Of a stretch of 30,762 nucleotides of DNA, positions 1-7,799 are shown piece by piece (within the stretch, counting starts at the first letter, position 1; each line of letters opens with the position of its first letter). The DNA is from Stellaceae bacterium (lineage in GTDB: Bacteria; Pseudomonadota; Alphaproteobacteria; ATCC43930; CGMCC-115725), in contig DATJLY010000139.1 of the NCBI GenBank assembly GCA_035509095.1, positions 1 through 30,762 on the forward strand. Direction: 5' to 3'. A program made the position numbers and the translations under genes. The notes beneath the pieces were generated by a model that was given only the letters and a program-made list of their open reading frames with translations, did not search any database and was not told the DNA's origin.

Positions 1-2
1 GC

Positions 3-2003
3 GGCCCGACATCGACGACCATCACGGCCGCGAACATCTCGTTCAATTTGGTCGATGGAAGCAGATCGATCGATGGAGGCGTGACCGGTGAACAGTCCCT
101 CACGCTCGATGCGGCTGGCGGCTCCATCGGGTTTGGCGGCGCTGTCGGCGCTGCGACGCCTCTCGGCGCGCTCTCGCTAATCGACTCGTCGCTCTATTTG
201 TCTTCCGGCGTGACGACTTCGGGCGGCATCATTTCGGAAGCCGGCTCGACGTTGCTTTCTGGCGCGACCTCTCTCGATACGACGGCTGGCGGCGCGGTTC
301 CGGGCGGTGCCAATGTCACGTTTACCGGCGCGATCGAGGGCCCGGAATCCCTGTCGATCAATGCAGGCACCGCGAGCACCATAACGCTGGGGTCGGACAT
401 TGGCGCGCATACCACGCTTGCAGCGCTTACGGCGCTCAGCCTCTTTGATGCGGTCTTGAGCGTGCCCGCAAATTTCTCGATCACGACCGCCGGCGGCGCG
501 GTGACGGAGACGGGCGCGACCATCACGGCCGGCGGCGCCGCCCCGACAAGCTTCTCGGTCGACACGACCAACGCTGGTGCGGTACCAGCCGGCGCCAATA
601 TCTTGTTTGGAAGCATAGGCGGTGGTGCTCCGGGCACGCTGACCCTGGCGCTTGACGCAGGAACGGGCGGCACCATCACGCTTTTGGGAGATCTGGGCGC
701 GACCGCCGCGCTGTCGGCGCTGAGCGTCACCGACGCGGCGCTCCAAATCGGGGCCAATGTCAGCGTGACGACCGCGGGGACGCCTTTCGTCGAGACCGGG
801 AAGACGGTTCTGCTCGGCAACAGCGCCGGCGCGACGCTGACGACGATCGATACCACCGATCACGGCGCGCGGGCCGGGGCGGACATCACGTTCGGCGGAT
901 CGATCGATGGCGGTACTTCCGGCAAACAATCCCTGACACTCGATGCGGGATCTGCGGCGGTGGCGCTCGGTGGCTCGGTGGGGGCAGCAACGGCACTCGG
1001 TTCCGTGACGCTCGACGATGCAACATTGAGGCTCGCCGCAGGGATCGCGATCGATACGGTAGGCGGCGCCGTCATGCAATCCGGCGCGACGATCCTGCTC
1101 GACCTACCGCTCGAACCGGCGGTGACAAATGTGACGATCGCGACGGGCGGCGGCAACATCTCGTTCGTCGGCCCGATCGACGGCACCGACGAAGGTGGCC
1201 AGGCGTTGACGCTGATCGCGGGGTCCGGCGGCACCATCAGCCTCGATGACAATGTGGGCGCGTCGGTTCCCCTTGGCGGCTTGAGCCTATCCGCCGGCAC
1301 GATCACTGTCGGCGGATCGCTCTATCAGACGATGGACGGCCCCATCACGATGAACGGAACGGTCAGCTTCATCGCGCCGCTGGTGACGATTGCGTCGGTC
1401 ATCCCGCCATCCGACGGACTTCCCGCGACGACTGGCGCCAATATCAGCCTCGCATCCGTATCTGGCGTTGCGACGACGCTCACGCTCGATCCGGGAATCG
1501 ATGCGGCGTCGATCGCGGGCGGCGATCTGTTGCGGATCGCGATCCTCGAAGGAAATGGCAGCAGCCTCACCGACCTCGATGCCGGGACCACCAGTCTCGG
1601 TGGGGAAGGAATCGGCACCAACATAACGGTTGGCGGGTTCTCGGGCGTCTTCGCCTCGCAGCACGCCTTCATCCGGCCCGGCGGGCATTGGACGATCAAT
1701 GCGGGCAACGTGCTCATCACCGATCCGGCGCTGGCCGGCCTCACCAACTCGGTGCTGAGCAATGAGGGCGTCGGTACGGCCATTGCCCTCATGAACCAGA
1801 TTCAGCAGCTCATCGCCCGCGGCGACACCGGCGAGACCGCGGCGCAGCAAGCCTTCCTGCAATCGCCGGACCGCCCCGACTATGCGCTCGATCCGTTCCG
1901 GCAGCGCTATAACATCCTCGGCGTTGACCAGGGGAATGCCGGCGGGTTCGAGGATTTGTCCTACGTCACGGACGGGTTCTGGGAAGGGCTGCTGAAGAAA
2001 TAG
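3..2003 (+). CDS. Large repetitive exoprotein/adhesin, filamentous-haemagglutinin-like beta-helical repeats (5'-truncated)
   Basis: The frame is open from base 3 (GPTSTTITAANISFNL...), so the TTG at 48 is probably not the true start. G/A/T/S/L-rich, with ~91-95-aa repeats anchored on G(A/G)(N/D)(I/V)xF, then a non-repetitive C-terminal tail. Confidence 0.75.
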   Translation, partial: GPTSTTITAANISFNLVDGSRSIDGGVTGEQSLTLDAAGGSIGFGGAVGAATPLGALSLIDSSLYLSSGVTTSGGIISEAGSTLLSGATSLDTTAGGAVPGGANVTFTGAIEGPESLSINAGTASTITLGSDIGAHTTLAALTALSLFDAVLSVPANFSITTAGGAVTETGATITAGGAAPTSFSVDTTNAGAVPAGANILFGSIGGGAPGTLTLALDAGTGGTITLLGDLGATAALSALSVTDAALQIGANVSVTTAGTPFVETGKTVLLGNSAGATLTTIDTTDHGARAGADITFGGSIDGGTSGKQSLTLDAGSAAVALGGSVGAATALGSVTLDDATLRLAAGIAIDTVGGAVMQSGATILLDLPLEPAVTNVTIATGGGNISFVGPIDGTDEGGQALTLIAGSGGTISLDDNVGASVPLGGLSLSAGTITVGGSLYQTMDGPITMNGTVSFIAPLVTIASVIPPSDGLPATTGANISLASVSGVATTLTLDPGIDAASIAGGDLLRIAILEGNGSSLTDLDAGTTSLGGEGIGTNITVGGFSGVFASQHAFIRPGGHWTINAGNVLITDPALAGLTNSVLSNEGVGTAIALMNQIQQLIARGDTGETAAQQAFLQSPDRPDYALDPFRQRYNILGVDQGNAGGFEDLSYVTDGFWEGLLKK

Positions 2004-2053
2004 GCCGCCGCTATCGCCCGGCGGAGCGCGATGGTCTAATCTGTCGCCGTCAC

Positions 2054-2779
2054 ATGCCTACGCCGCAGCTTCCGATGTTCTTTCGCGAGATCGTGCCGCT
2101 TGATGCGAAGCGGCACGGCACGCTGCGTTTGGCGCGCGGCAGCGACTATGGCTTCGCCCGCGAGACCAACGCGGTCCCACTCGCCATCCACGAGCTCGCC
2201 GCGGCGGGCGCGGATTATCCGATCGTGTTCGGCGCGGCCGGCGTCACCGGCGTGCTCGCGATCGTGGGGTACCGGGACCGCGAGAATCTTTTTGTCCAAA
2301 AGGACGGCACCTGGCGCCGCGGCGCTTATGTCCCGGCTTATGCGCGCAACTATCCTTTCGCCTTCATCGAGGCGCCGGGTGGCCAAACGCTGATGCTGGG
2401 CATCGACCCAAAGGCCCCAAGCCTCGGCACCAAGGGCGCGTCCCTCTTCGACGCGAAAAAGGCGAGCGCGACGCTCAACGACGCGATGGAACTGTGCCGC
2501 TCGCTCCACCAGTCATTGAAGGAAACCGCCCTGTTCTGCCAGGCGCTCGAGGAGCGGGGGCTGCTTGTCGAAAACCGGGCGGTCATCGAGTTCAAGGAGG
2601 GTGGGGCCGCCACGCTCGGCGGATTTCGCGTCATCGATCTGCAAAAATTCGGCGCGCTCGAAGACGCGGTGTTCATCGAATGGCGCAAGCGCGGCTGGCT
2701 CGGACCGATCTACGCGCATTTCCATGCCGCCGGGCGCTGGGGGCGGATCGTCGATCTCGCCGCCGGCGCGCGAGCCTAG
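2054..2779 (+). CDS. SapC family protein
   Basis: Segments typical of SapC as recalled: IVPLDAKRHG, YGFARETNAVPL, DYPIVF, NLFV..DGTW...YVPAYARNYPF, and C-terminal GWLGPIYAHF. Confidence 0.85.
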   Translation: MPTPQLPMFFREIVPLDAKRHGTLRLARGSDYGFARETNAVPLAIHELAAAGADYPIVFGAAGVTGVLAIVGYRDRENLFVQKDGTWRRGAYVPAYARNYPFAFIEAPGGQTLMLGIDPKAPSLGTKGASLFDAKKASATLNDAMELCRSLHQSLKETALFCQALEERGLLVENRAVIEFKEGGAATLGGFRVIDLQKFGALEDAVFIEWRKRGWLGPIYAHFHAAGRWGRIVDLAAGARA

Positions 2780-2829
2780 GAATCGGCGACCGAGGCGCAT
2801 ATCTTTCTTATGGTTCGAGGAGGCTCGCT

Positions 2830-3663
2830 ATGAACCCGTCGCGTTCCGTGTCTCTCCCCTTCGTGTCGGCGACGCTGAACTATTGCGCGCCGATGGCGGA
2901 AAAGGTCTTCAACTATACCTACGATCCGCCGCCCGGGATGCCGCGCACCAACGCCGTCCCCGAGCTACGGACCGTCACGATCCACTCGGCACGACCGATC
3001 GAGGGCGAGCTGTCGCTCGATGTCGAAGGGTTCGCGCTACAGCCTTGCAAGAGCGCGGTCGCCGATTTCTATGACGAAGACGAATTGGCGCGCGTCTATT
3101 ATCCCGAGGCGGAGGCGATTGTCGCCGCGGCGACCGGCGCAAACCGGGTCAAGGTTTTCGATCACACGGTACGCCGCCGCGACTGGGACGGTCAGGATAA
3201 GACGCCAGGCGTGCAGCGCGGCCCCGTGATGCGCGTCCATAACGACTTTACCGAGCTTTCCGGGCCGCAACGCGTGCGCGACCTTATGGGGGGCGAGGCC
3301 GAAGCGCTCCTGAAGCGCCGCTTCGCCTTCATCAATGTGTGGCGTCCGATCCGCGGGCCGCTCCTCGACCACCCGCTGGCGCTGTGCGACGCCGGGAGTA
3401 CCGAGCCGAGCGATTTCGTCGGTTCCGAGCAACGCTATCGCGACCGCACGGGCGAGATCTATGTCGTGCGCTATAACCCGTCGCATCGCTGGTTCTATGT
3501 GCCGGCCATGAGCAAGGACGAGACGGTGCTTATCAAATGCTATGATTCCGAGCGCGACGTGGCCCGGTTCGTCGCGCATACGGCCTTCACCGATCCGACC
3601 ACGCCCAAGGATGCTCCCCCGCGCGAGAGCATCGAAATCCGCACGGTGGCTTTTTTCGCATGA
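2830..3663 (+). CDS. CmcJ/NvfI (AsaB-like) family Fe(II)/2-oxoglutarate-dependent oxidoreductase
   Basis: ATG at 2830 follows a GAGGAGG RBS, so the ORF-track extension to 2494 is unlikely. Motifs FDHTVR, VHND (HxD), INVWRPI, PLALCD, AHTAF (distal His) and RESIEIR. Confidence 0.85.
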   Translation: MNPSRSVSLPFVSATLNYCAPMAEKVFNYTYDPPPGMPRTNAVPELRTVTIHSARPIEGELSLDVEGFALQPCKSAVADFYDEDELARVYYPEAEAIVAAATGANRVKVFDHTVRRRDWDGQDKTPGVQRGPVMRVHNDFTELSGPQRVRDLMGGEAEALLKRRFAFINVWRPIRGPLLDHPLALCDAGSTEPSDFVGSEQRYRDRTGEIYVVRYNPSHRWFYVPAMSKDETVLIKCYDSERDVARFVAHTAFTDPTTPKDAPPRESIEIRTVAFFA

Positions 3664-4106
3664 TCGCTCGCCTCGGACCCCGCCGTCGTCTCGACCCGAG
3701 TTCCAATGCGGGCTTCACGCTGGTCGAGCTCCTTGTGGTGCTGGCGATCCTCGGCCTTCTGATCGGCATCGCCGTGCCCCAGCTCTTCAAATATTTCTCG
3801 CGGGCGAAGGAGGACGCGGCAAAGATCCAGATCCAGACGATCGCCTCCGGGCTCGATCTTTTCCTTCTCGATGTCGGCCGCTACCCGACCGACCAGGAAG
3901 GATTGAAGGCGTTGGTCGAGCCGCCGCCCAATCTCGCGAACTGGGCCGGCCCCTATGTAAGCCAGGCGAGCATCCTCACCGATCCGTGGGGCCGCGCTTA
4001 CGTCTATCACGTGCCGGGCCGCAATCGCGGCACCGCCTATGACCTCTATACGCTCGGTCCCGATGGCGACGCGACCGGTCCGCCGCCGACATCGGCGTCC
4101 AATTAG
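3660..4106 (+). CDS. gspG: Type II secretion major pseudopilin GspG-like protein
   Basis: Class III prepilin motif G|FTLVELLVVLAILGLL with Glu5; GRYPT..EGL.ALV, W.GPY and DPWG..Y.Y motifs. ATGA overlap with the upstream stop. Confidence 0.88.
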   Translation: MIARLGPRRRLDPSSNAGFTLVELLVVLAILGLLIGIAVPQLFKYFSRAKEDAAKIQIQTIASGLDLFLLDVGRYPTDQEGLKALVEPPPNLANWAGPYVSQASILTDPWGRAYVYHVPGRNRGTAYDLYTLGPDGDATGPPPTSASN

Positions 4107-4118
4107 CGCGGAGCGGCG

Positions 4119-5075
4119 CTACTCGTTGCAAGGGCCGGGGAGGTATTTCTCGGTATAAAGGGTCGACATGTCCGGCTCCTTGTCCAGGAGGCCGATCTCG
4201 ACATAAGACCGCCTCAGCACGGCGAGCGCCTTGGGATCGAAGCAGCCGTTGGTCGAAAGAACCGGCATGACCTCGGCATAGGTACGGTCGGCGAGATGCT
4301 CGCTGACGCCCATGACTTTAGCGGTGATTTGGTCGGTCTCTTGCCGGTTCGCGCGCATGAAGGCGATCGTCTCGAACCAGGCGGCAAGGAAGCGCCGCAC
4401 GGCGTCGGGATCGCGCGCGAGGATCGCGTTGCTGGCATGGATCACATGCATGTGAAAGGCGGGCGCGATCAATCCGAACTTGAGCAGAAGTCGGACCTGG
4501 CCTTCCTCCTCGAGCTTGTAGGCGGCGGTCAGGTCCATCACCATGCTGTCGGTCTGATGGGTCTTGAGCGCCGCAAGCTGCGCCTGGTTTCCGCCAAGGG
4601 ACAGCACATTGATGCCGTTCTCGCCCCAGCCTTCTTGCCGCGACAGCTCGTGCGCCAGCCAATTGGTGAGCGACCCCGCGCTCGTCACGCTGATCGTCCG
4701 GCCCTTCATGTCGGCGGGCGACTTGATCGGCGAGTCCGACAAGGTGACCAGCACCATCATGTTGGGCGCACCGGCCATCGCCGCGACCGATTTGGCGGGC
4801 GAGCCCTTGGCAATGAAGGCCATATCCGGTCCCGAGGCGAGCGCGATGTCGATGTCGCCCGACGCAATGGCCTGATGCACCTTGGTGGCGCCGTCGAAGT
4901 TCGAGACCTTGAGCTCGAGGCCGCGCTTCTGGAAGAAGCCTTCCGCCAGCCCGACATCGACCGGCGCGAACGAAAAGGATTGCGGGCCGCCTTTGGCGAC
5001 GTTGAGCGTTTCGGCGTGGGCGGCGACGGCGGTGAAAGCCATCGCCGCGCAAATCAAGAAGCGCCGGAGAAACAT
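4119..5075 (-). CDS. ABC transporter substrate-binding protein, NMT1/SsuA/TauA type
   Basis: Sec-type signal peptide ending AHA; GFFQKRGLELKV, DMKGRTISVTSAGS and RFLAAWFETIAF segments. Confidence 0.85.
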   Translation of the reverse strand: MFLRRFLICAAMAFTAVAAHAETLNVAKGGPQSFSFAPVDVGLAEGFFQKRGLELKVSNFDGATKVHQAIASGDIDIALASGPDMAFIAKGSPAKSVAAMAGAPNMMVLVTLSDSPIKSPADMKGRTISVTSAGSLTNWLAHELSRQEGWGENGINVLSLGGNQAQLAALKTHQTDSMVMDLTAAYKLEEEGQVRLLLKFGLIAPAFHMHVIHASNAILARDPDAVRRFLAAWFETIAFMRANRQETDQITAKVMGVSEHLADRTYAEVMPVLSTNGCFDPKALAVLRRSYVEIGLLDKEPDMSTLYTEKYLPGPCNE

Positions 5076-5078
5076 GGC

Positions 5079-5420
5079 TCAACCCTTCGCGCTGCGCGTC
5101 TTGCGCTGTGATCTTGTCGCCTTCGCCTGTCGCGACGGCGCTTCCTTGGGTGGCGTCGGCGCCTCAGCGGCGTGCGCGGCGAGGCTCGCGACGCCCTGAA
5201 TCTGCAAGGTCCAGTAGACTTCTTCCTTGTAAAGGCGCTCGGCGTGGCTGGCGAAACGCTGCTCGTTCAGGCGCTGACCATGGCGGCGCGCGGAATCGCT
5301 CAAGTGAGTTGCGAGCTTTCGCCCTGTCTCTGCCTGGCGGACGAACTGCCGCAGCCACGTCTCATATTCGCCCGCCCGCACGAACGGCCCAACCGCCACC
5401 CCGATCTCGGACGTGGCCAT
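5079..5420 (-). CDS. Hypothetical protein (113 aa)
   Basis: ATG at 5420 preceded by an AAGGGGG SD. It fills the gap between two same-strand genes (26 nt and 3 nt spacers). No family recognised. Confidence 0.55.
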   Translation of the reverse strand: MATSEIGVAVGPFVRAGEYETWLRQFVRQAETGRKLATHLSDSARRHGQRLNEQRFASHAERLYKEEVYWTLQIQGVASLAAHAAEAPTPPKEAPSRQAKATRSQRKTRSAKG

Positions 5421-5446
5421 CTCGCCCCCTTGGGGAGGGACCCTCC

Positions 5447-6427
5447 CTATTGCTGCACCTCGTCGCGCAAGATCTCGAGACGGCGCAAAATCTCGCGATC
5501 GGTGATCTGGAACAGCCGCGCCGGCTTCGTCGCGTGATGGCTGATCCATTGCCCGTGCGGAAGCGAGAACACGTCCTTCGGTCCCCACGTCACGGTCTCG
5601 TCGCCAACCCGGGTGCGTCCTTCGCCTTCCTTGACGACGCAGACGCAATTGCTGTTGGTCTTATAGGCCTTGGTGTCCTTGCCGGCGGCAAGGCCCAGGA
5701 GATAGCAGTCGATGGTCGAAAAGATCGAACCGCCCGTTACCGGGTTGGTGTAGCGCAGCCGGCGCGAGCCGTCGGCCGCCGGCGGAATCGCCTCGAGCGC
5801 CCGGACGGCCGCGTCCCACGGATACCGGAACATCGGCGAATAGGTCTGTTTCGTCGTCGGCGTGTCCGGCGTGAAGCCGGGCTCGAAGGCGCTATCGGGC
5901 GGAAGCGCGGTCAGGTTGCGCGCCGGGCCGGGTTCGTACTCTCCGGTCTCGAGATGGGTGTGCATCGGGACGTCCAGCACGTCGACCCACACGGCGCGTT
6001 CCTTCCCGGAATGTTGATGCTGATGCCAAGTCCAGCCGGGCGTCAGGATCATGTCGCCGGGCAGCATCGCGCATTCCTTGCCTTCGACCGTGGTGGTCGC
6101 GCCGTCGCCCTCGAGCGCGAATCTCAGCGCATGCATCGCGTGACGATGCGGCCGCGCCTTTTCACCGGGCATCAGCACCTGGAGATTGACGGTAAGGTTG
6201 ATGGCCGCCCCGTCGCGCCCAGTGCCCTCGAAAGACGGATGGCGCAGGATCAGCACGCGGCGCTCCGCATTGTTCATGTCGGTCTGCTGCACCGCCTCGT
6301 CGATCAGCGGGTTCATCGCGTCCCATTGCCAGATGTGCGGCGATGCCGGCGGATTGTTATGCCGACCTTCCCGCTCCCACAGCGCCAGAACGCTCGCATC
6401 CGCCATCTTTTTGTGGAATTCGTCCAT
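5447..6427 (-). CDS. Gentisate 1,2-dioxygenase-family bicupin ring-cleavage dioxygenase
   Basis: ERRVLIL, LQVLMPGE, HRH...ALRF and TPGWTWHQH motifs; LRYTNPVTGG linker; second cupin lacks His ligands. Confidence 0.8.
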   Translation of the reverse strand: MDEFHKKMADASVLALWEREGRHNNPPASPHIWQWDAMNPLIDEAVQQTDMNNAERRVLILRHPSFEGTGRDGAAINLTVNLQVLMPGEKARPHRHAMHALRFALEGDGATTTVEGKECAMLPGDMILTPGWTWHQHQHSGKERAVWVDVLDVPMHTHLETGEYEPGPARNLTALPPDSAFEPGFTPDTPTTKQTYSPMFRYPWDAAVRALEAIPPAADGSRRLRYTNPVTGGSIFSTIDCYLLGLAAGKDTKAYKTNSNCVCVVKEGEGRTRVGDETVTWGPKDVFSLPHGQWISHHATKPARLFQITDREILRRLEILRDEVQQ

Positions 6428-6526
6428 CGCCCGATCCTCACGCCCCTGAAGTCCCGCCTCGATAGAGGCATTGTCCCGCGTCCCGATGCCGGGCGCAATG
6501 GGCGGGACGGCGCGGCGGGACCGGGG

Positions 6527-7789
6527 CTAGGCGCCGAAAATGCCGAGCGGACCCTTGTCGACATAGCCGGGGAAGATGCGGTCCGCGGGCGCGGCTCCCC
6601 GATGCCGCAGGATCTCGGTTAATATTTGGCGGTAGTCGGTGGCGACGGCGAGGTCGACGCCTTCGTCCAGCTGCGCATTCGCAAGGCCCGGCCAGCGCCC
6701 AAAGAAGCGGCCACCTTTGACGCGCCCGCCCAGGACCATCATCACCCCGGCCCGACCATGGTCCGTGCCCAGGCTCCGGTTCGAGCGCAAGCGGCGGCCG
6801 AACTCGCTGATGGTCACGAGGACCATGCGGTCGTGATAGCGCGCCGTGTCGTTCCAAAACGCCGCGATCCCGTTCGACAGGTGCGTCACGCCGGTCTTGA
6901 AGCGGCCGGGCTGATATTCATGCATGTCCCAGCCGCCGATATCGACGGTCGCGATGTCGACGCCAAGCTCCATCTTGATGAGCTGTGCCAAGGTCCTCAG
7001 CGGCCGGCCGAATTCCGCCGCGCTGTCATAGGGGGCCGCGGCATCCGGATGATAGGGGATCACGGCGCCTTTGGGATCCCGCGGCACCGCGGCATCGATC
7101 GTCGCCATTGCCGAAAGCGCCGAGCGTCCGGCCTCGCTCACGGGATCTTTTCCGGTCGCGTAAAGCCGGGTCAGGACCTCGCGCGCTTGCGGACCGCCGG
7201 CGGGCGCGAGGCCACCCGAAAGGTCGGCAACCGCAAGCGCATCGGGCCACTCCGCGAGCTCGCCGCTGACGGCGCCGGCGGCCGAGACCGCGGCGATTGG
7301 ACCGGTCGAAGCCGGGTCGGCCCGAAGATAGCGAGTGAGCCACCCGTCGCGGAGGCGCGACAGGCTTGCCCCGTCGGCGACGCCGCGCTCGATCATGTCG
7401 GTCGCGACGAAATGGCTGCGCGTGCCGTCCGTGAGCCCGGCCGCGTGGATGATCGCCAGCGCGCCACTTTTGTAGAGCTCGGCAAGCCCTCCGGCGGCGG
7501 GATGCAGCCGGAAATCGATCGTCCCGTCGGGACCGTTGGCGAGCGCATAGCCCGCCTCCGAACCGTCCGCGGCCACGCGGAGCTCGCTTGTCCGCGTGGC
7601 GATGAAGTCCGGGTCCGTCGCGGGAGAAACGAGATTGAGGCCGTCGGCGCCGCCGCGCAGATGCACGACCACAAGCAACGGCCGCTCGCGCGTCGGCGCG
7701 GCAAAGGAACGAACCGTCAGGCCCGGCGCCGATGCGACGATCGCCCCGGCGGCGGCGCTCTTCAGAAGGGTACGGCGCGACAGCGGCAT
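6527..7789 (-). CDS. DUF1501 family protein with Tat signal peptide
   Basis: ATG at 7789 gives MPLSRRTLLK (twin arginine). Motifs LRGGADGLN, RSHF, GGWDMH, SEFGRR and GTDHG. The ORF-track extension to 8746 overlaps the DUF1800 gene and is rejected. Confidence 0.88.
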   Translation of the reverse strand: MPLSRRTLLKSAAAGAIVASAPGLTVRSFAAPTRERPLLVVVHLRGGADGLNLVSPATDPDFIATRTSELRVAADGSEAGYALANGPDGTIDFRLHPAAGGLAELYKSGALAIIHAAGLTDGTRSHFVATDMIERGVADGASLSRLRDGWLTRYLRADPASTGPIAAVSAAGAVSGELAEWPDALAVADLSGGLAPAGGPQAREVLTRLYATGKDPVSEAGRSALSAMATIDAAVPRDPKGAVIPYHPDAAAPYDSAAEFGRPLRTLAQLIKMELGVDIATVDIGGWDMHEYQPGRFKTGVTHLSNGIAAFWNDTARYHDRMVLVTISEFGRRLRSNRSLGTDHGRAGVMMVLGGRVKGGRFFGRWPGLANAQLDEGVDLAVATDYRQILTEILRHRGAAPADRIFPGYVDKGPLGIFGA

Positions 7790-7799
7790 GGCCGGTCCC

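Noticed and set aside
177-1862. Several minus-strand ORFs under the exoprotein gene
   Set aside because: Shadow frames of a low-complexity GC-rich gene, with no RBS or domain evidence.
3660-4106. Complete type II secretion system
   Set aside because: Only gspG is present; no secretin, ATPase, GspF or minor pseudopilins are in the window.
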